Positions 11,277 through 20,941 of a stretch of DNA of 64,000 nucleotides are shown here, one piece after another; positions within the stretch are counted from its first letter, which is position 1; the number at the start of each line of letters is the position of its first letter. A program made the translations under genes and the position numbers. The DNA comes from Methyloligella sp. Its GTDB lineage: Bacteria; Pseudomonadota; Alphaproteobacteria; Rhizobiales; HXMU1428-3. The stretch lies in contig BQJJ01000003.1 of the NCBI GenBank assembly GCA_021604645.1, forward strand, positions 176,551-240,550, written 5' to 3'. The notes under the pieces were generated by a model. It searched no databases. It worked only from the letters and a program-made list of their open reading frames with translations, and was not told the DNA's origin.

Positions 11277-12710
11277 ATGTATCATAAATTAAGGCAAATT
11301 GCTTTATTGGTGAGTGTGATATCACTTGTTTTAGAAGCGATGTTTAGCACGGTTGCTCTGGCTCGCGTGCCTGACTCAGAAGCTGACATTAAACTTTCCT
11401 TTGCGCCTATTGTTAGGGATGCTGCGCCAGCTGTAGTGAATGTGTATGTGCGCCATAAAGCTGTGAAAAAACAGTTTCGTTCCCCTCTTTTGAGAGATCC
11501 GTTTTTTCGACATTTCTTTGGTAATAAGCTTAATCGTCAACGTCGGAACCGGATGAAAAATTCGCTTGGTTCTGGTGTCATTTTGCGCCCTAATGGAATT
11601 GTTGTGACCAATTATCATGTGATTAAAGGCGGCGAAAATGGTGAGATTAAAGTTGCGTTACAAGATAAGCGTGAATTTGTTGCACACATCATTTTAAAAG
11701 ATGAAGAGACCGACCTTGCTGTCTTGAAAATTGAGAATAAGCAAGGTGAAAAATTTCCATTTTTAAGATTTGAAGATTCTGATCAATTGCAAGTTGGTGA
11801 TTTAGTGCTAGCCATAGGCAATCCATTTGGGGTTGGGCAAACTGTGACCAGTGGCATTGTTTCAGCTTTGGCTCGAACACGTGTTGGAGCGGCTGACTTC
11901 CAATCTTTCATTCAGACTGATGCTGCGATTAATCCAGGTAACTCGGGCGGTGCTTTGGTTGATATGCATGGCCGATTGATTGGTATTAATACAGCGATTT
12001 ATTCAAAATCTGGTGGTTCGAACGGTATTGGTTTTGCTATTCCTTCTAATATGGTGAAGTTGGTTGTTAATTCAGCTTTGAAGGGCAAGAAGGTTACACG
12101 TCCATGGTTTGGGGCAAAGTTGCAAAGAGTGACACCTGATATTGCACGCTCGCTTGGCTTGGACCGGCCAAGTGGTGCTTTGGTTACTCGAATTTATGAG
12201 GCCAGTCCGGCTCAATTCGCAGGATTAAGAAGCGGTGATATTGTGCTGGATGTTGGTGGCCATTCGGTTGATGATCCACGTAGTTTTCATTTTCGCTTTG
12301 CAACAATGGAATTGGGCGGGCGCACGAAGTTAACTGTTTTTCGTAAAGGGAAAAAAATTAATAAAGATATTGCTCTGATTGAAGCTCCTTTTACACCAGC
12401 GCCAAATAAAAAAGTGCTTCGTGGCAACCACCCCTTTAGTGGTGCACATGTTGCTAACCTTTCTCCCGGACTGGCGGAAGATATTGATCTTGATGATATT
12501 GAAGGTGTGGTGATTACTGATGTTGTGCGTCGTAGTTTTGCATCCTCAGTTGGGTTTCGGAAAAACGATATCATCGTTAGTTTGAATAACAACCCGATTT
12601 TATCTGTTAGGGAATTGCGCACTTCGGTTAGGAAAAACTTTCGTGTTTGGCGTATTGAGATCAAGCGCGGCAAGCGTATTTTGCGCTTTGTTCTACCTGG
12701 TGGAAATTAG
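11277..12710 (+). CDS. degQ: DegQ/HtrA serine endoprotease with two PDZ domains
   Basis: SLGSGVI, TNYHV, TDAAINPGNSGGAL. Confidence 0.93.
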   Translation: MYHKLRQIALLVSVISLVLEAMFSTVALARVPDSEADIKLSFAPIVRDAAPAVVNVYVRHKAVKKQFRSPLLRDPFFRHFFGNKLNRQRRNRMKNSLGSGVILRPNGIVVTNYHVIKGGENGEIKVALQDKREFVAHIILKDEETDLAVLKIENKQGEKFPFLRFEDSDQLQVGDLVLAIGNPFGVGQTVTSGIVSALARTRVGAADFQSFIQTDAAINPGNSGGALVDMHGRLIGINTAIYSKSGGSNGIGFAIPSNMVKLVVNSALKGKKVTRPWFGAKLQRVTPDIARSLGLDRPSGALVTRIYEASPAQFAGLRSGDIVLDVGGHSVDDPRSFHFRFATMELGGRTKLTVFRKGKKINKDIALIEAPFTPAPNKKVLRGNHPFSGAHVANLSPGLAEDIDLDDIEGVVITDVVRRSFASSVGFRKNDIIVSLNNNPILSVRELRTSVRKNFRVWRIEIKRGKRILRFVLPGGN

Positions 12711-12818
12711 GGACTTGCTACTCAGATGAACTAACCTTGAGAGGCAGTGTGTTTGTTTTTAGTCTCTCAAGCTTGTGATATTATATTTTGTGATATCATT
12801 TTTATAGTGGACCTTTGA

Positions 12819-14165
12819 ATGGAAGATTTATTTGATGCAGCTGGTGTGAGCGGAGATGTGCCGCGCCCATTAGCTGATCGATTGCGCCCGAAAACCATTA
12901 AAGAAATTACTGGCCAAACTCATTTGTTGGGGGAGGGTGGTTTGCTGACGCGCATGGTTGCGCAAGGGCGGATTACTAATCTGATTTTATGGGGCCCACC
13001 TGGCACTGGTAAAACGACTTTAGCTCAGGCTTTGGCGAATGAAACCGATTTGCATTTTGAGCAACTCTCTGCAATTTTTTCTGGTGTTAAGGATTTAAAA
13101 GCTGCGTTTGAGCATGCAAGAATGCGCCGCCGTGAAGGGCGGGGGACGTTGTTGTTTGTTGATGAGATCCACCGGTTTAACAAAGCGCAGCAAGATAGCT
13201 TTCTGCCAGTGATGGAAGATGGCACGATTATTCTTATTGGTGCAACAACTGAGAACCCATCATTTGAGTTGAACAATGCGCTTTTGTCTCGCAGCCAAGT
13301 GCTCCCGTTTGAGCGGCATAGTGCCAAGGACCTTGAAAATCTTTTACAACGTGCTGAAGTTGAAATTGGTCGGCCGCTTCCAATAGACGCGGAAGCGCGG
13401 CAACATTTACTTGCGTTAGCTGATGGTGATGGTCGGATGATCATTAATATGGCTGAGGAATTGTTTCTTGATTTGGGGGAAGAAAAAATCCTCAAAAAAG
13501 AAGATCTGGCCAAAGTGTTATTCCGACGACGCCCAACCTATGACAAGGCGGGTGATGGTCATTACAATCTTATTTCCGCTTTGCATAAATCTGTGCGCGG
13601 CTCGGACCCTGATGCCGCGCTTTATTGGTTTGCTCGTATGTTAGAAGGAGGGGAGGACCCTATCTATATTGCCAGACGTTTGGTGCGGATGGCGGTTGAA
13701 GATATTGGTCTTGCTGACCCTCAGGCGTTAGTACAAACGAATGCTGCGAAAGATGCGTTTCATTTTCTTGGTAGCCCTGAAGGGGAATTGGCTTTAGCGC
13801 AAGCAGTGCTTTATTTAGCTTCTGCGCCTAAATCTAATGCAGCTTATGTGGCTTATAAAGCGTCTCGCATTGCAGCGAAAGAAAGCGGTGCGCTGCTACC
13901 TCCTAAAATTGCTTTGAATGCGCCGACTAGTTTGATGGCTGATCAGGGCTATGGAGATGGGTACATTTATGATCATGATACGCCGCATTGTTTTTCTGGC
14001 CAGGATTATTTTCCAGATGAATTCGGTGAACGGCCCCATTTGTATCAACCTGTACCACGTGGGTTTGAAAGAGAATTGGGCAAGCGGATGAGCTATTGGG
14101 CCAGTTTGCGTGATGGGGAGACGAGTGAACCCAAAGCTAAAAAATCAGATGAAGATGGTGATTAG
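12819..14165 (+). CDS. rarA: Replication-associated recombination protein A (AAA+)
   Basis: GPPGTGKTT, LFVDEIHRFNKAQQD, ISALHKSVRGSDPDAA. Confidence 0.96.
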   Translation: MEDLFDAAGVSGDVPRPLADRLRPKTIKEITGQTHLLGEGGLLTRMVAQGRITNLILWGPPGTGKTTLAQALANETDLHFEQLSAIFSGVKDLKAAFEHARMRRREGRGTLLFVDEIHRFNKAQQDSFLPVMEDGTIILIGATTENPSFELNNALLSRSQVLPFERHSAKDLENLLQRAEVEIGRPLPIDAEARQHLLALADGDGRMIINMAEELFLDLGEEKILKKEDLAKVLFRRRPTYDKAGDGHYNLISALHKSVRGSDPDAALYWFARMLEGGEDPIYIARRLVRMAVEDIGLADPQALVQTNAAKDAFHFLGSPEGELALAQAVLYLASAPKSNAAYVAYKASRIAAKESGALLPPKIALNAPTSLMADQGYGDGYIYDHDTPHCFSGQDYFPDEFGERPHLYQPVPRGFERELGKRMSYWASLRDGETSEPKAKKSDEDGD

Positions 14166-14360
14166 AGTTTTCTAGCTATGTAAACAGCTCTCATTAGATG
14201 CTGTTTCGGCTCAAATTTGTTGTGTTTTTGGATTTAAGCTTTGGTTAACACTTTTTAACTGCTAAAAAGGTTTTGACTAAAAGTTTTGGCCTCTTTTTAT
14301 AATTAATTGCAAAAGTTTAAGAGGTTGCTTTACAGGGTGTTTTGTTAAGGGTTGCGTTAC

Positions 14361-14864
14361 ATGATTAAATTTAAGGATTTGTGGGAAAATCATCCGCTTA
14401 ATAAAAGTGAACGATTTCCATGTCGTTCATTAGGGTTTCCAACTTATAGAAACCAGTGTGCTATTCGCATGAGTATTGCACTGAAAGCTGCGGGTGTGAC
14501 GTATGAAATGATGCCGCGTGGTATGGTGACATGTGGCGCTCATCCGAAAAAAGAGATGCATTACATTCGCGCCGAAGAGTTGGCGAAGGGGCTTACAATG
14601 GCCCGAATTCCTGGGCTTGGAAAAGTTGAAGTTTTTCGCAATCCGAAAAATTATTATCGTGATTTGTTTGGGCGTACGGGCATTATGCTTATTCGTAATT
14701 ATTGGTTTAGAACCGGTGAAACGCGCGAGCCTTCTGGTGACCATATTGATGTTTGGAACGGCCAACGTACGGCATCAGCCTGGTTGATTAATTGGTTTTT
14801 CTGGGCTGGTTATTATGGTGGTTACGACAAAGCAACTGAGATTTGGTTTTGGGAGGTGAAATGA
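14361..14864 (+). CDS. Tae4-family (NlpC/P60-like) peptidoglycan amidase
   Basis: NQCAIRMSIAL (catalytic Cys), GDHIDVWNG (His), IWFWEV C-terminus; no signal peptide; probable ATG 14361. Confidence 0.8.
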   Translation: MIKFKDLWENHPLNKSERFPCRSLGFPTYRNQCAIRMSIALKAAGVTYEMMPRGMVTCGAHPKKEMHYIRAEELAKGLTMARIPGLGKVEVFRNPKNYYRDLFGRTGIMLIRNYWFRTGETREPSGDHIDVWNGQRTASAWLINWFFWAGYYGGYDKATEIWFWEVK

Positions 14865-15091
14865 GACTCTTATTCGGTTTTATTGGTGCTGTGGCTGGGG
14901 CACTTGCTGCTGTGTTTTATGTGGGCTCTCTAGCGAGTGATACATATTTGGCGAACAAAACTTTTGAAAGCCCGGAAGATGCTATGATTTATCATAGCTT
15001 TATATATCTGGGTAGTATTGCTGTTTGCTTGATAGTGGGGCTTATTCTGGGACGGCTTATTGGTCGTATTTTGGACTGGGTTTTTGGGTGA
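14861..15091 (+). CDS. Small 2-TM membrane protein, coupled to the amidase
   Basis: ATGA overlap with the amidase stop; two hydrophobic helices around a short polar loop. Confidence 0.75.
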   Translation: MRLLFGFIGAVAGALAAVFYVGSLASDTYLANKTFESPEDAMIYHSFIYLGSIAVCLIVGLILGRLIGRILDWVFG

Positions 15092-15158
15092 GTTTTTTTC
15101 ATTTCTAAGATGACTGTTTTGGAAGAATGAAAAGACTAAATAACGAAAGAACCAGACA

Positions 15159-15548
15159 ATGAAATTTATTGCCTATGCTGCGCTGGGTGGTGCAATTGGC
15201 GCTAGTGGGCGCTATTTGGTAGGGCTTCTTGCTGTTCGTCTTTTGGGACTTGGTTTTCCGTATGGGACGTTTATCGTCAATATTCTTGGTGCGTTATTGA
15301 TGGGAGTTTTGATAGAAGCGCTTGCGCTTCGCTTTCAAGGTTCAGCTGAGTTGCGCACTCTTTTTGCAACCGGTGTACTTGGTGGTTTCACGACTTTTTC
15401 AGCTTTTTCCCTTGAAGTTGCCAACATGATAGAACGAGATCAATGGTCTATGGCTGCCTTTTATGCTTGCGCATCAGTTGTTTTTAGTGTTGCTGCATTG
15501 TTTGCGGGTCTTTATCTCGGGCGGTATATTTGGGGAGCGAGTGTGTGA
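15159..15548 (+). CDS. crcB: Fluoride efflux channel
   Basis: PYGTFIVNILG, TGVLGGFTTFSAF. Confidence 0.95.
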   Translation: MKFIAYAALGGAIGASGRYLVGLLAVRLLGLGFPYGTFIVNILGALLMGVLIEALALRFQGSAELRTLFATGVLGGFTTFSAFSLEVANMIERDQWSMAAFYACASVVFSVAALFAGLYLGRYIWGASV

Positions 15549-16543
15549 GCAACGTTGCGAATGTTACAATAACTGAAAAAGATGATGGTCTTAGACTTGA
15601 TCGTTGGTTTAAGGAAAATTATCCGCACATAAGTTTTGGCCAATTGCAGAAGTTAATGCGTACTGGTCAGGTGCGTGTGGATGGCAAACGTGTGAAGACA
15701 AATGCTCGTATTGAAGAGGGGCAGGTTATTCGCGTGCCGCCAATTGGGCAGGAAATTGTCGCAACTCCAGCTAAAAAACCAAAAAAGGTCAATAAGGGCG
15801 ATTGGGATTATATTCGCTCTCTTATTATTCATGAAGATGATGCTTTGATGGTTTTGAACAAGCCGTCTGGATTGGCTGTGCAAGGTGGTACGAAAACCAC
15901 TCATCACGTGGATGGTATGCTGGGGGCTCTGGGTCAGGGCGATGACCGGCCTAAACTTGTGCACCGCTTAGACAGAGATACATCTGGTTGTTTGCTTGTG
16001 GCTAAAACAAGACAAGCGGCCTCTAAATTAGGCGCTGTGTTTCGCACACGATCTGCTCGCAAAATTTATTGGGCCCTGACTTACGGTGTTCCGCGTCCGC
16101 ATCAAGGTGAGATATCTTGTTTTATTGCAAAAGGTGATGGACCGACACCTGGGAATGTGGGGGAGATTGTTAAGGTTGTGAAACCTGGTACACCTGGGGC
16201 GCAGCATTCTCATTCTTATTATTCAGTGATTGAACAAGCGGGACAGAAATTAGCCTGGGTTTCTTTAAAGCCAGTAACTGGCCGCACACACCAATTGCGG
16301 GTGCATATGGCAGAACTTGGGACACCGATTTTGGGAGATCCTAAATATTTTAATTTACCTGACTTTGAACCGCTTGAAGGATTGACGGATCGGTTGCATT
16401 TGCATGCGCGCCGTTTAGCAATTCCTCATCCGAATGGTGGCACGCTTGATATTACGGCGCCTTTGCCAGCCCATATGCAAAAGAGCTGGTCGACACTCGA
16501 TTTTGATGCTCAACGCTATGATGAAGAACAGGAAGTGGATTGA
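15545..16543 (+). CDS. RluA-family pseudouridine synthase with S4 domain (start approximate)
   Basis: RLDRWF S4 domain, HRLDRDTSG, TGRTHQLRVH. Confidence 0.93.
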   Translation: MSNVANVTITEKDDGLRLDRWFKENYPHISFGQLQKLMRTGQVRVDGKRVKTNARIEEGQVIRVPPIGQEIVATPAKKPKKVNKGDWDYIRSLIIHEDDALMVLNKPSGLAVQGGTKTTHHVDGMLGALGQGDDRPKLVHRLDRDTSGCLLVAKTRQAASKLGAVFRTRSARKIYWALTYGVPRPHQGEISCFIAKGDGPTPGNVGEIVKVVKPGTPGAQHSHSYYSVIEQAGQKLAWVSLKPVTGRTHQLRVHMAELGTPILGDPKYFNLPDFEPLEGLTDRLHLHARRLAIPHPNGGTLDITAPLPAHMQKSWSTLDFDAQRYDEEQEVD

Positions 16544-16676
16544 TCAGCCTGAGCGGAGCCTTGCGAGCACAGACAAGCTGATCAAAGGAAAACCTTCAGC
16601 CTGAGCGGAGCAGCGCGGTTTTCACATTGGGAAATCTAAAGCGCCAAGAAAATGCGAGTACAGATAAGCTGATCAA
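16540..16676 (+). repeat. Composite GATCAG...CTGATC palindromic element (short copy 16540-16585, long copy 16595-16676)
   Basis: 9-bp perfect terminal IR TTGATCAGC/GCTGATCAA; the long copy carries a nested GCGC-hairpin-TAAA-GCGC unit at 16613-16644. Confidence 0.9.
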
Positions 16677-16698
16677 TGATTGAGATAACGTTCAGTTA

Positions 16699-17262
16699 TT
16701 ATCTTATGACCCAATCTGAGGGAGGTTCTTGTTCGAGCCACTTTCGAGATGGTTTTCCGCGCACGAGCAGCACTTGTCTTTTGACGCCGCGCCCAACACC
16801 GTAGATTGCGCCGTCACTCACATTTAGTACAACGGAATGATCATTAACGGGTGTGCCCGGTGAGGCTGACCAGATTTGCTCCGTTGATAATGAGGGGAAT
16901 AAGGTTTTATCGACAGTTGCTTTGTTACAGACAAAGGTGAGTAAAATTTGAAGTTCTTCAATTTTGGGGAGCCGCCAATCTTGTTTTGAGTTAAAGATTT
17001 GAGTTTTTGCATGGCTCTCAGCTTCTAACCAGCTGTATGATCGAGCTGTTCCTTTACATCCATTATTTGACAGGGATTGACCTTCTAAACATTGTTTGAA
17101 TTCAAGTCCTGAGGGGTGGTGTTTTATCGTGCCGTTCTTTTGAGCTGTGAAGTTTTTATTTACCGCTAGCTCTTTGTTTTTTTCTGAACAGGCCTTTGCA
17201 TTTAGTGAGATTGGATATAAACAACATGATCCAAGGATGATAAATTTCATTAATGATTTCAT
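16699..17262 (-). CDS. Secreted DUF1566 (Lcl C-terminal) domain protein (probable ATG 17262)
   Basis: GLEFKQCLEGQ, DWRLPKIEEL, IWSASP, VLLVRG; SD GAGGA. Confidence 0.8.
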   Translation of the reverse strand: MKSLMKFIILGSCCLYPISLNAKACSEKNKELAVNKNFTAQKNGTIKHHPSGLEFKQCLEGQSLSNNGCKGTARSYSWLEAESHAKTQIFNSKQDWRLPKIEELQILLTFVCNKATVDKTLFPSLSTEQIWSASPGTPVNDHSVVLNVSDGAIYGVGRGVKRQVLLVRGKPSRKWLEQEPPSDWVIR

Positions 17263-17453
17263 TGGGCGGGTATCCTCTTTTACAAAATTGATTTTCCGGT
17301 TCAATTCAACCTAACGGTAGGTAGGTTTGTGAGGCAATTCAAAACATGTCAGAGAACGTCATTTAATTGTAAGTTCAGACGTTTCTTGATTTGAAGCTTT
17401 TGGCTTTGTCAGTTTGTTTTTGAAAAAACATATTATTTAGGTGGGAATTTAGA

Positions 17454-18158
17454 ATGTATTGCATCTTGTTTGATTGTGATGGGACGATTGTGGATAGCGA
17501 GGCTTTGATCGTTCGTGCGATGCAAGATGCGTTTGAGGCGCAATCGCTTGTAGCTCCTAGCCCTCAAGAGATTCAGCAGATTATTGGTCTCTCACTCCCC
17601 ATAGCGGTTGAGGTGCTTTGTATGCCGTTTGAGAATGTTGAGGTTAATCAAAGTTTGATTGAAAACATTGGTGAGGGATATAAAGCATCTTATCAACATT
17701 TAAGAGATGAGCTTGGTCATCCAGAACCTTTGTTTGAAGGGACACATGAATTGCTTGCCCGCCTAAAGGCACAAGATGATGTTTTTCTTGGCATTGCGAC
17801 GGGAAAGTCTATGAAAGGTGTGCAGGGACTTTTGAAACGTTTTGAACTTGAAGATGTTTTTCATACAATCCAAACAGCATGTAATGCCCCATCGAAACCT
17901 CATCCGGGAATGATTGAGCAGGCTTTGAAGGAAACGGGAGCTGAGGCTCACCGTACTGTTATGATTGGTGATACGACATTTGATATGGAAATGGCGCAGA
18001 ATGCAGGTGTTCCATCTATTGGGGTTACCTGGGGGCATCATGAAAAAGAAGAGCTTTTGCCATTTGCGCCGAAGATGATTGTTGATGAGTTTTCAGATCT
18101 ATTATCTGCTATACAAGAAACACTCTCAATTGATAAATTGGGAATTGATAAACTGTAA
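17454..18158 (+). CDS. HAD-IA hydrolase (phosphoglycolate phosphatase-like)
   Basis: FDCDGTIVDS, KPHP, MIGDTTFD. Confidence 0.9.
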   Translation: MYCILFDCDGTIVDSEALIVRAMQDAFEAQSLVAPSPQEIQQIIGLSLPIAVEVLCMPFENVEVNQSLIENIGEGYKASYQHLRDELGHPEPLFEGTHELLARLKAQDDVFLGIATGKSMKGVQGLLKRFELEDVFHTIQTACNAPSKPHPGMIEQALKETGAEAHRTVMIGDTTFDMEMAQNAGVPSIGVTWGHHEKEELLPFAPKMIVDEFSDLLSAIQETLSIDKLGIDKL

Positions 18159-18188
18159 TTTTAACAGCCGAATTTACAAAGAAATTTA

Positions 18189-18974
18189 ATGAATAAAGAT
18201 AACACTCCTTCAAAAGATGACGCTTTGCCATCTGGTCCTAAATATATGTCAAAAGCTGATGATGTGCGCCCGAAACCAAAACGGTTTTATAAAGACGTTA
18301 AGGTTGAGGTTTTAGAGGATCAATTCAGTATCCTCTTGGATGAGCGTGTTATCAAAACTCCCATGAAATCGACTTTGGCTGTGAAATCTGAACCGCTTGC
18401 TTTAGCTATCTCTGATGAATGGTCAGCTCAGGGTGAAGAGATTGATAGTGAAACTATGATTTTGACCAAGCTTGCTAATACTGCCATTGATCGGGTTGCC
18501 CCACGACGTGCTGATATTTTGGAGGAGCTGGTCAGTTATGGGGGGAACGATCTTTTATGTTACAGGGCAAGCGACCCCGCTAGTCTTGTTGAGTTTGAGC
18601 AGAAGGTGTGGGACCCGATTTTAAATTGGCTTAAGGAACAGCATGGTATCGACATGAAATTGGCTGCAGGTGTTATTCATGTTTCTCAAGAGTTAGAAGA
18701 CCTTGAGAAACTATCGGCGCTCTATGATCGGTTTGATGAATTTGCTCTTACAGCTCTGCATAATATGACAACAATGTTAGGTTCCGCGGTTTTGCCGCTT
18801 TCGCTGGTTTTAGGAGACTGGGAAAGCGCAGATGTTTGGGATGCGGCTCATTTGGAAGAAAATTTCCAAATTGAGCGCTGGGGTACGGATGAACAGGCGC
18901 AAAATCGCCGCGAAATGAGACATGGTGAGTTTTTGGAGACTTATAATTTCTATCAATTGAGCCGTAAGTCCTAA
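18189..18974 (+). CDS. ATP12-family chaperone
   Basis: KRFYKDV, LDERVIKTP, TKLANTAID, QIERWG. Confidence 0.92.
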   Translation: MNKDNTPSKDDALPSGPKYMSKADDVRPKPKRFYKDVKVEVLEDQFSILLDERVIKTPMKSTLAVKSEPLALAISDEWSAQGEEIDSETMILTKLANTAIDRVAPRRADILEELVSYGGNDLLCYRASDPASLVEFEQKVWDPILNWLKEQHGIDMKLAAGVIHVSQELEDLEKLSALYDRFDEFALTALHNMTTMLGSAVLPLSLVLGDWESADVWDAAHLEENFQIERWGTDEQAQNRREMRHGEFLETYNFYQLSRKS

Positions 18975-19067
18975 AAAACAGCTGAGATTCACAGTTTGAC
19001 GCATGAAATGTCTGTGATAAAAGAAAAGTCAAATTATAAGACTGTCTATATAGAGTGTGGAGACATT

Positions 19068-20600
19068 ATGAACGAAATAATCGAAGAGCTAGAGAAACGC
19101 CGTGAAAATGCGCGCCTTGGTGGGGGCCAAAAACGGATAGATGCTCAACATCAACGTGGCAAACTAACAGCCCGTGAGCGTATTGATCTTTTGCTTGATG
19201 AGAATTCGTTTGAAGAGCTTGATATGTATGTTGAGCACCGTTGCACAGATTTTGGTATGGAAAAGAACAAAATTTCTGGTGATGGCGTTGTCACAGGCTG
19301 GGGTACTGTTAATGGTCGTGTGATTTATGTTTTTGCTAAAGACTTTACGGTTTTTGGTGGGTCTCTTTCTGAAGAGCACGCAAAAAAGATCATGAAAATT
19401 CAAGATATGGCTTTGCGCAATCGCGCGCCGATCATTGGTTTGTTTGATGCTGGTGGTGCCCGTATTCAAGAAGGCGTGGCGGCACTTGGCGGTTATGGTG
19501 AGGTTTTCCAACGTAATGTTCTCTCGAGCGGTGTTATTCCGCAAATTTCTGTGATTATGGGGCCTTGTGCTGGTGGTGATGTGTATTCGCCAGCGATGAC
19601 TGATTTTATCTTCATGGTAAAAGATACGTCTTATATGTTTGTGACCGGGCCTGATGTTGTGAAGACCGTGACGAACGAAGAAGTGACAGCAGAAGAACTT
19701 GGTGGTGCCAGTGTGCATACAGTGAAATCTTCGATTGCTGATAAGGGCTATGAAAATGATGTCGAAGCGATGCTGCAAATGCGCCGCTTGATGGACTTTT
19801 TACCAGCGAATAATATGTCTGATGTACCTGTTCTACCTACGAAAGATGATCCGGACCGTGTTGAGACAAGCCTTGATAGTTTAATACCTGAAAACCCAAA
19901 CCAGCCTTATGACATGCATGAGCTTATTACTAAGGTTGTTGATGAAGGTGATTTTTTTGAAATTCAGGAAAAATTTGCTAGCAACATCATTTGTGGGTTT
20001 GGCCGAGTTGAAGGCCAGACTGTTGGCATCGTTGCGAACCAACCGATGGTTCTTGCGGGTGTTTTGGATAGTGATGCGTCTCGTAAAGCCGGGCGGTTCG
20101 TTCGTTTTTGTGATTGCTTTAACATTCCACTTGTTACCTTTGTTGATGTGCCAGGCTTTTTGCCAGGAACAGCGCAAGAATATGGTGGGTTGATCAAACA
20201 TGGTGCGAAACTCTTATTTGCATATGCTGAAGCCACAGTTCCGAAAATTACAGTGATTACTCGTAAAGCTTATGGCGGCGCGTATGATGTGATGAGTTCG
20301 AAGCATATTCGCGGTGATATGAATTATGCCTGGCCAACCGCTGAAATTGCTGTGATGGGTGCGAAGGGTGCTGTGGAAATTATTCACCGGAAAGATCTGG
20401 ATGATCCGGAAAAGATTGCTGAGCACACTAAGAATTATGAAGACCGGTTCTGTTCGCCATTTGTTGCAGCTGAGCGTGGTTATATTGATGAGGTTATTTT
20501 ACCTCGTAATACACGGCGCCGGGTTAGCCGTGCGCTCAATATGCTTAAAAATAAGCAAGTTGAGAACCCATGGAAAAAACACGACAACATTCCGCTATAG
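19068..20600 (+). CDS. pccB: Propionyl-CoA carboxylase beta (carboxyltransferase) subunit (probable ATG 19068)
   Basis: [34 protein letters not shown]. Confidence 0.93.
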   Translation: MNEIIEELEKRRENARLGGGQKRIDAQHQRGKLTARERIDLLLDENSFEELDMYVEHRCTDFGMEKNKISGDGVVTGWGTVNGRVIYVFAKDFTVFGGSLSEEHAKKIMKIQDMALRNRAPIIGLFDAGGARIQEGVAALGGYGEVFQRNVLSSGVIPQISVIMGPCAGGDVYSPAMTDFIFMVKDTSYMFVTGPDVVKTVTNEEVTAEELGGASVHTVKSSIADKGYENDVEAMLQMRRLMDFLPANNMSDVPVLPTKDDPDRVETSLDSLIPENPNQPYDMHELITKVVDEGDFFEIQEKFASNIICGFGRVEGQTVGIVANQPMVLAGVLDSDASRKAGRFVRFCDCFNIPLVTFVDVPGFLPGTAQEYGGLIKHGAKLLFAYAEATVPKITVITRKAYGGAYDVMSSKHIRGDMNYAWPTAEIAVMGAKGAVEIIHRKDLDDPEKIAEHTKNYEDRFCSPFVAAERGYIDEVILPRNTRRRVSRALNMLKNKQVENPWKKHDNIPL

Positions 20601-20941
20601 TTGGCGGCTAGAGCGTTTCATTTTTTATTGGATTTAAGGAAACGCTTTATTTTTCTCTCACGGGCTATTCTGCCGCGAAAAACGGCAGGCCTTCCGATGG
20701 GACGTCGCTTACGCCGGACAGCTTTTGCTGCCATGTCCGTGCTCTGGAGAAGAGCACTCCCTTCTTCTGAAAGGTGTTTTATGTAGCATTGTTACTGATT
20801 TCAATTTTATATGACATGCTCTAGCCTTTTGTAGCGATTATATGAATAAGTATTGGAGCCGTGAATTCTTGTTTGAGTTTGCGGCTTCGTTTTAACTAGA
20901 TTAGAGTTTTTTATTGATGATTTAGAGGGTAAGAGGGTTTA

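Noticed and set aside
15092-15158. Fluoride riboswitch before crcB
   Set aside because: No GATGG..TTC / TGATGAC pseudoknot pattern in the 67-nt gap
20680-20705. Cobalamin riboswitch 3' motif or SRP GGAAGG loop on the minus strand
   Set aside because: Only a few bases match, the other conserved boxes are absent, and there is no downstream gene in that orientation
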